Of a DNA stretch of 64,000 nt, positions 63,710-64,000 are shown in pieces. The stretch is from the NCBI GenBank assembly GCA_026025075.1, contig JAPEUI010000010.1, positions 62,001-126,000 of the forward strand, in the 5' to 3' direction. Below the pieces are notes generated by a model. It was given only the letters and a program-made list of their open reading frames with translations, had not been told where the DNA came from and searched no databases. Positions within the stretch are counted from its first letter, which is position 1. Every line of letters starts with the position of its first letter. Source of the DNA: Vezdaea acicularis (lineage: Eukaryota). Both the position numbers and the translations under genes were made by a program.

Positions 63710-64000
63710 TATGAAGATATCGGATCGCTTGGTAAGGCACCTATTTCTCAGTCGAAGGCGATCCTATCCTACAGTGGGGGGTCGTAAGTGTTGTACATTT
63801 ACGAGTCCGCTAATATATGGTATAACACCCGGTAACCAAGAGCTGCCTGCACTTCATGAGGCGTTTATTCAATTGATATATTGAAGACCTCCCCAGGTGA
63901 TCTGTGAGCTAGGTTTCTTACGAATGGATTCGTTGATCGCCGTGCTTAGGGCTTGATTAATGTGGGAAACACAAATTCGCCAATGTACAAGACTTACGAC

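Overview
Gene-dense chromosomal window from an intron-containing filamentous ascomycete (Pezizomycotina-type GT-AG introns of about 50-60 nt with CTAAC/CTGAC branch points). It is mostly housekeeping genes: CHL1, alpha-COP, EMG1, RPN3, SPC34, UDP-glucose dehydrogenase, COG5, COA6, a DUF2263/PARG-like protein, mitochondrial AsnRS, Pac2, SYS1, PHO84, SFB3/Sec24C, an MCT-type MFS transporter, fmdS, usgS and HEM4. The accessory-looking part is 26-47 kb. It holds (i) a HeLo cell-death-domain gene that appears to continue into a stop-interrupted CorA-like two-helix tail, convergent with a roughly 2000-aa protein ending in a CorA/ZntB-like domain, and (ii) two distant paralogues of an orphan 3-TM protein family (26 kb and 46 kb), each beside degenerate local duplications of itself. 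Other notable signals are repeated C-rich-to-G-rich strand-skew switch points independent of gene orientation, a multi-stem structured RNA candidate 3' of EMG1, a 5-nt micro-exon in the CHL1 Walker A motif, a roughly 150-aa insert in UGD, clustered PHO boxes, and conserved usgS-fmdS tandem synteny. No transposase, tRNA, rRNA or CRISPR was recognised. All calls are by eye and no database searches were run.
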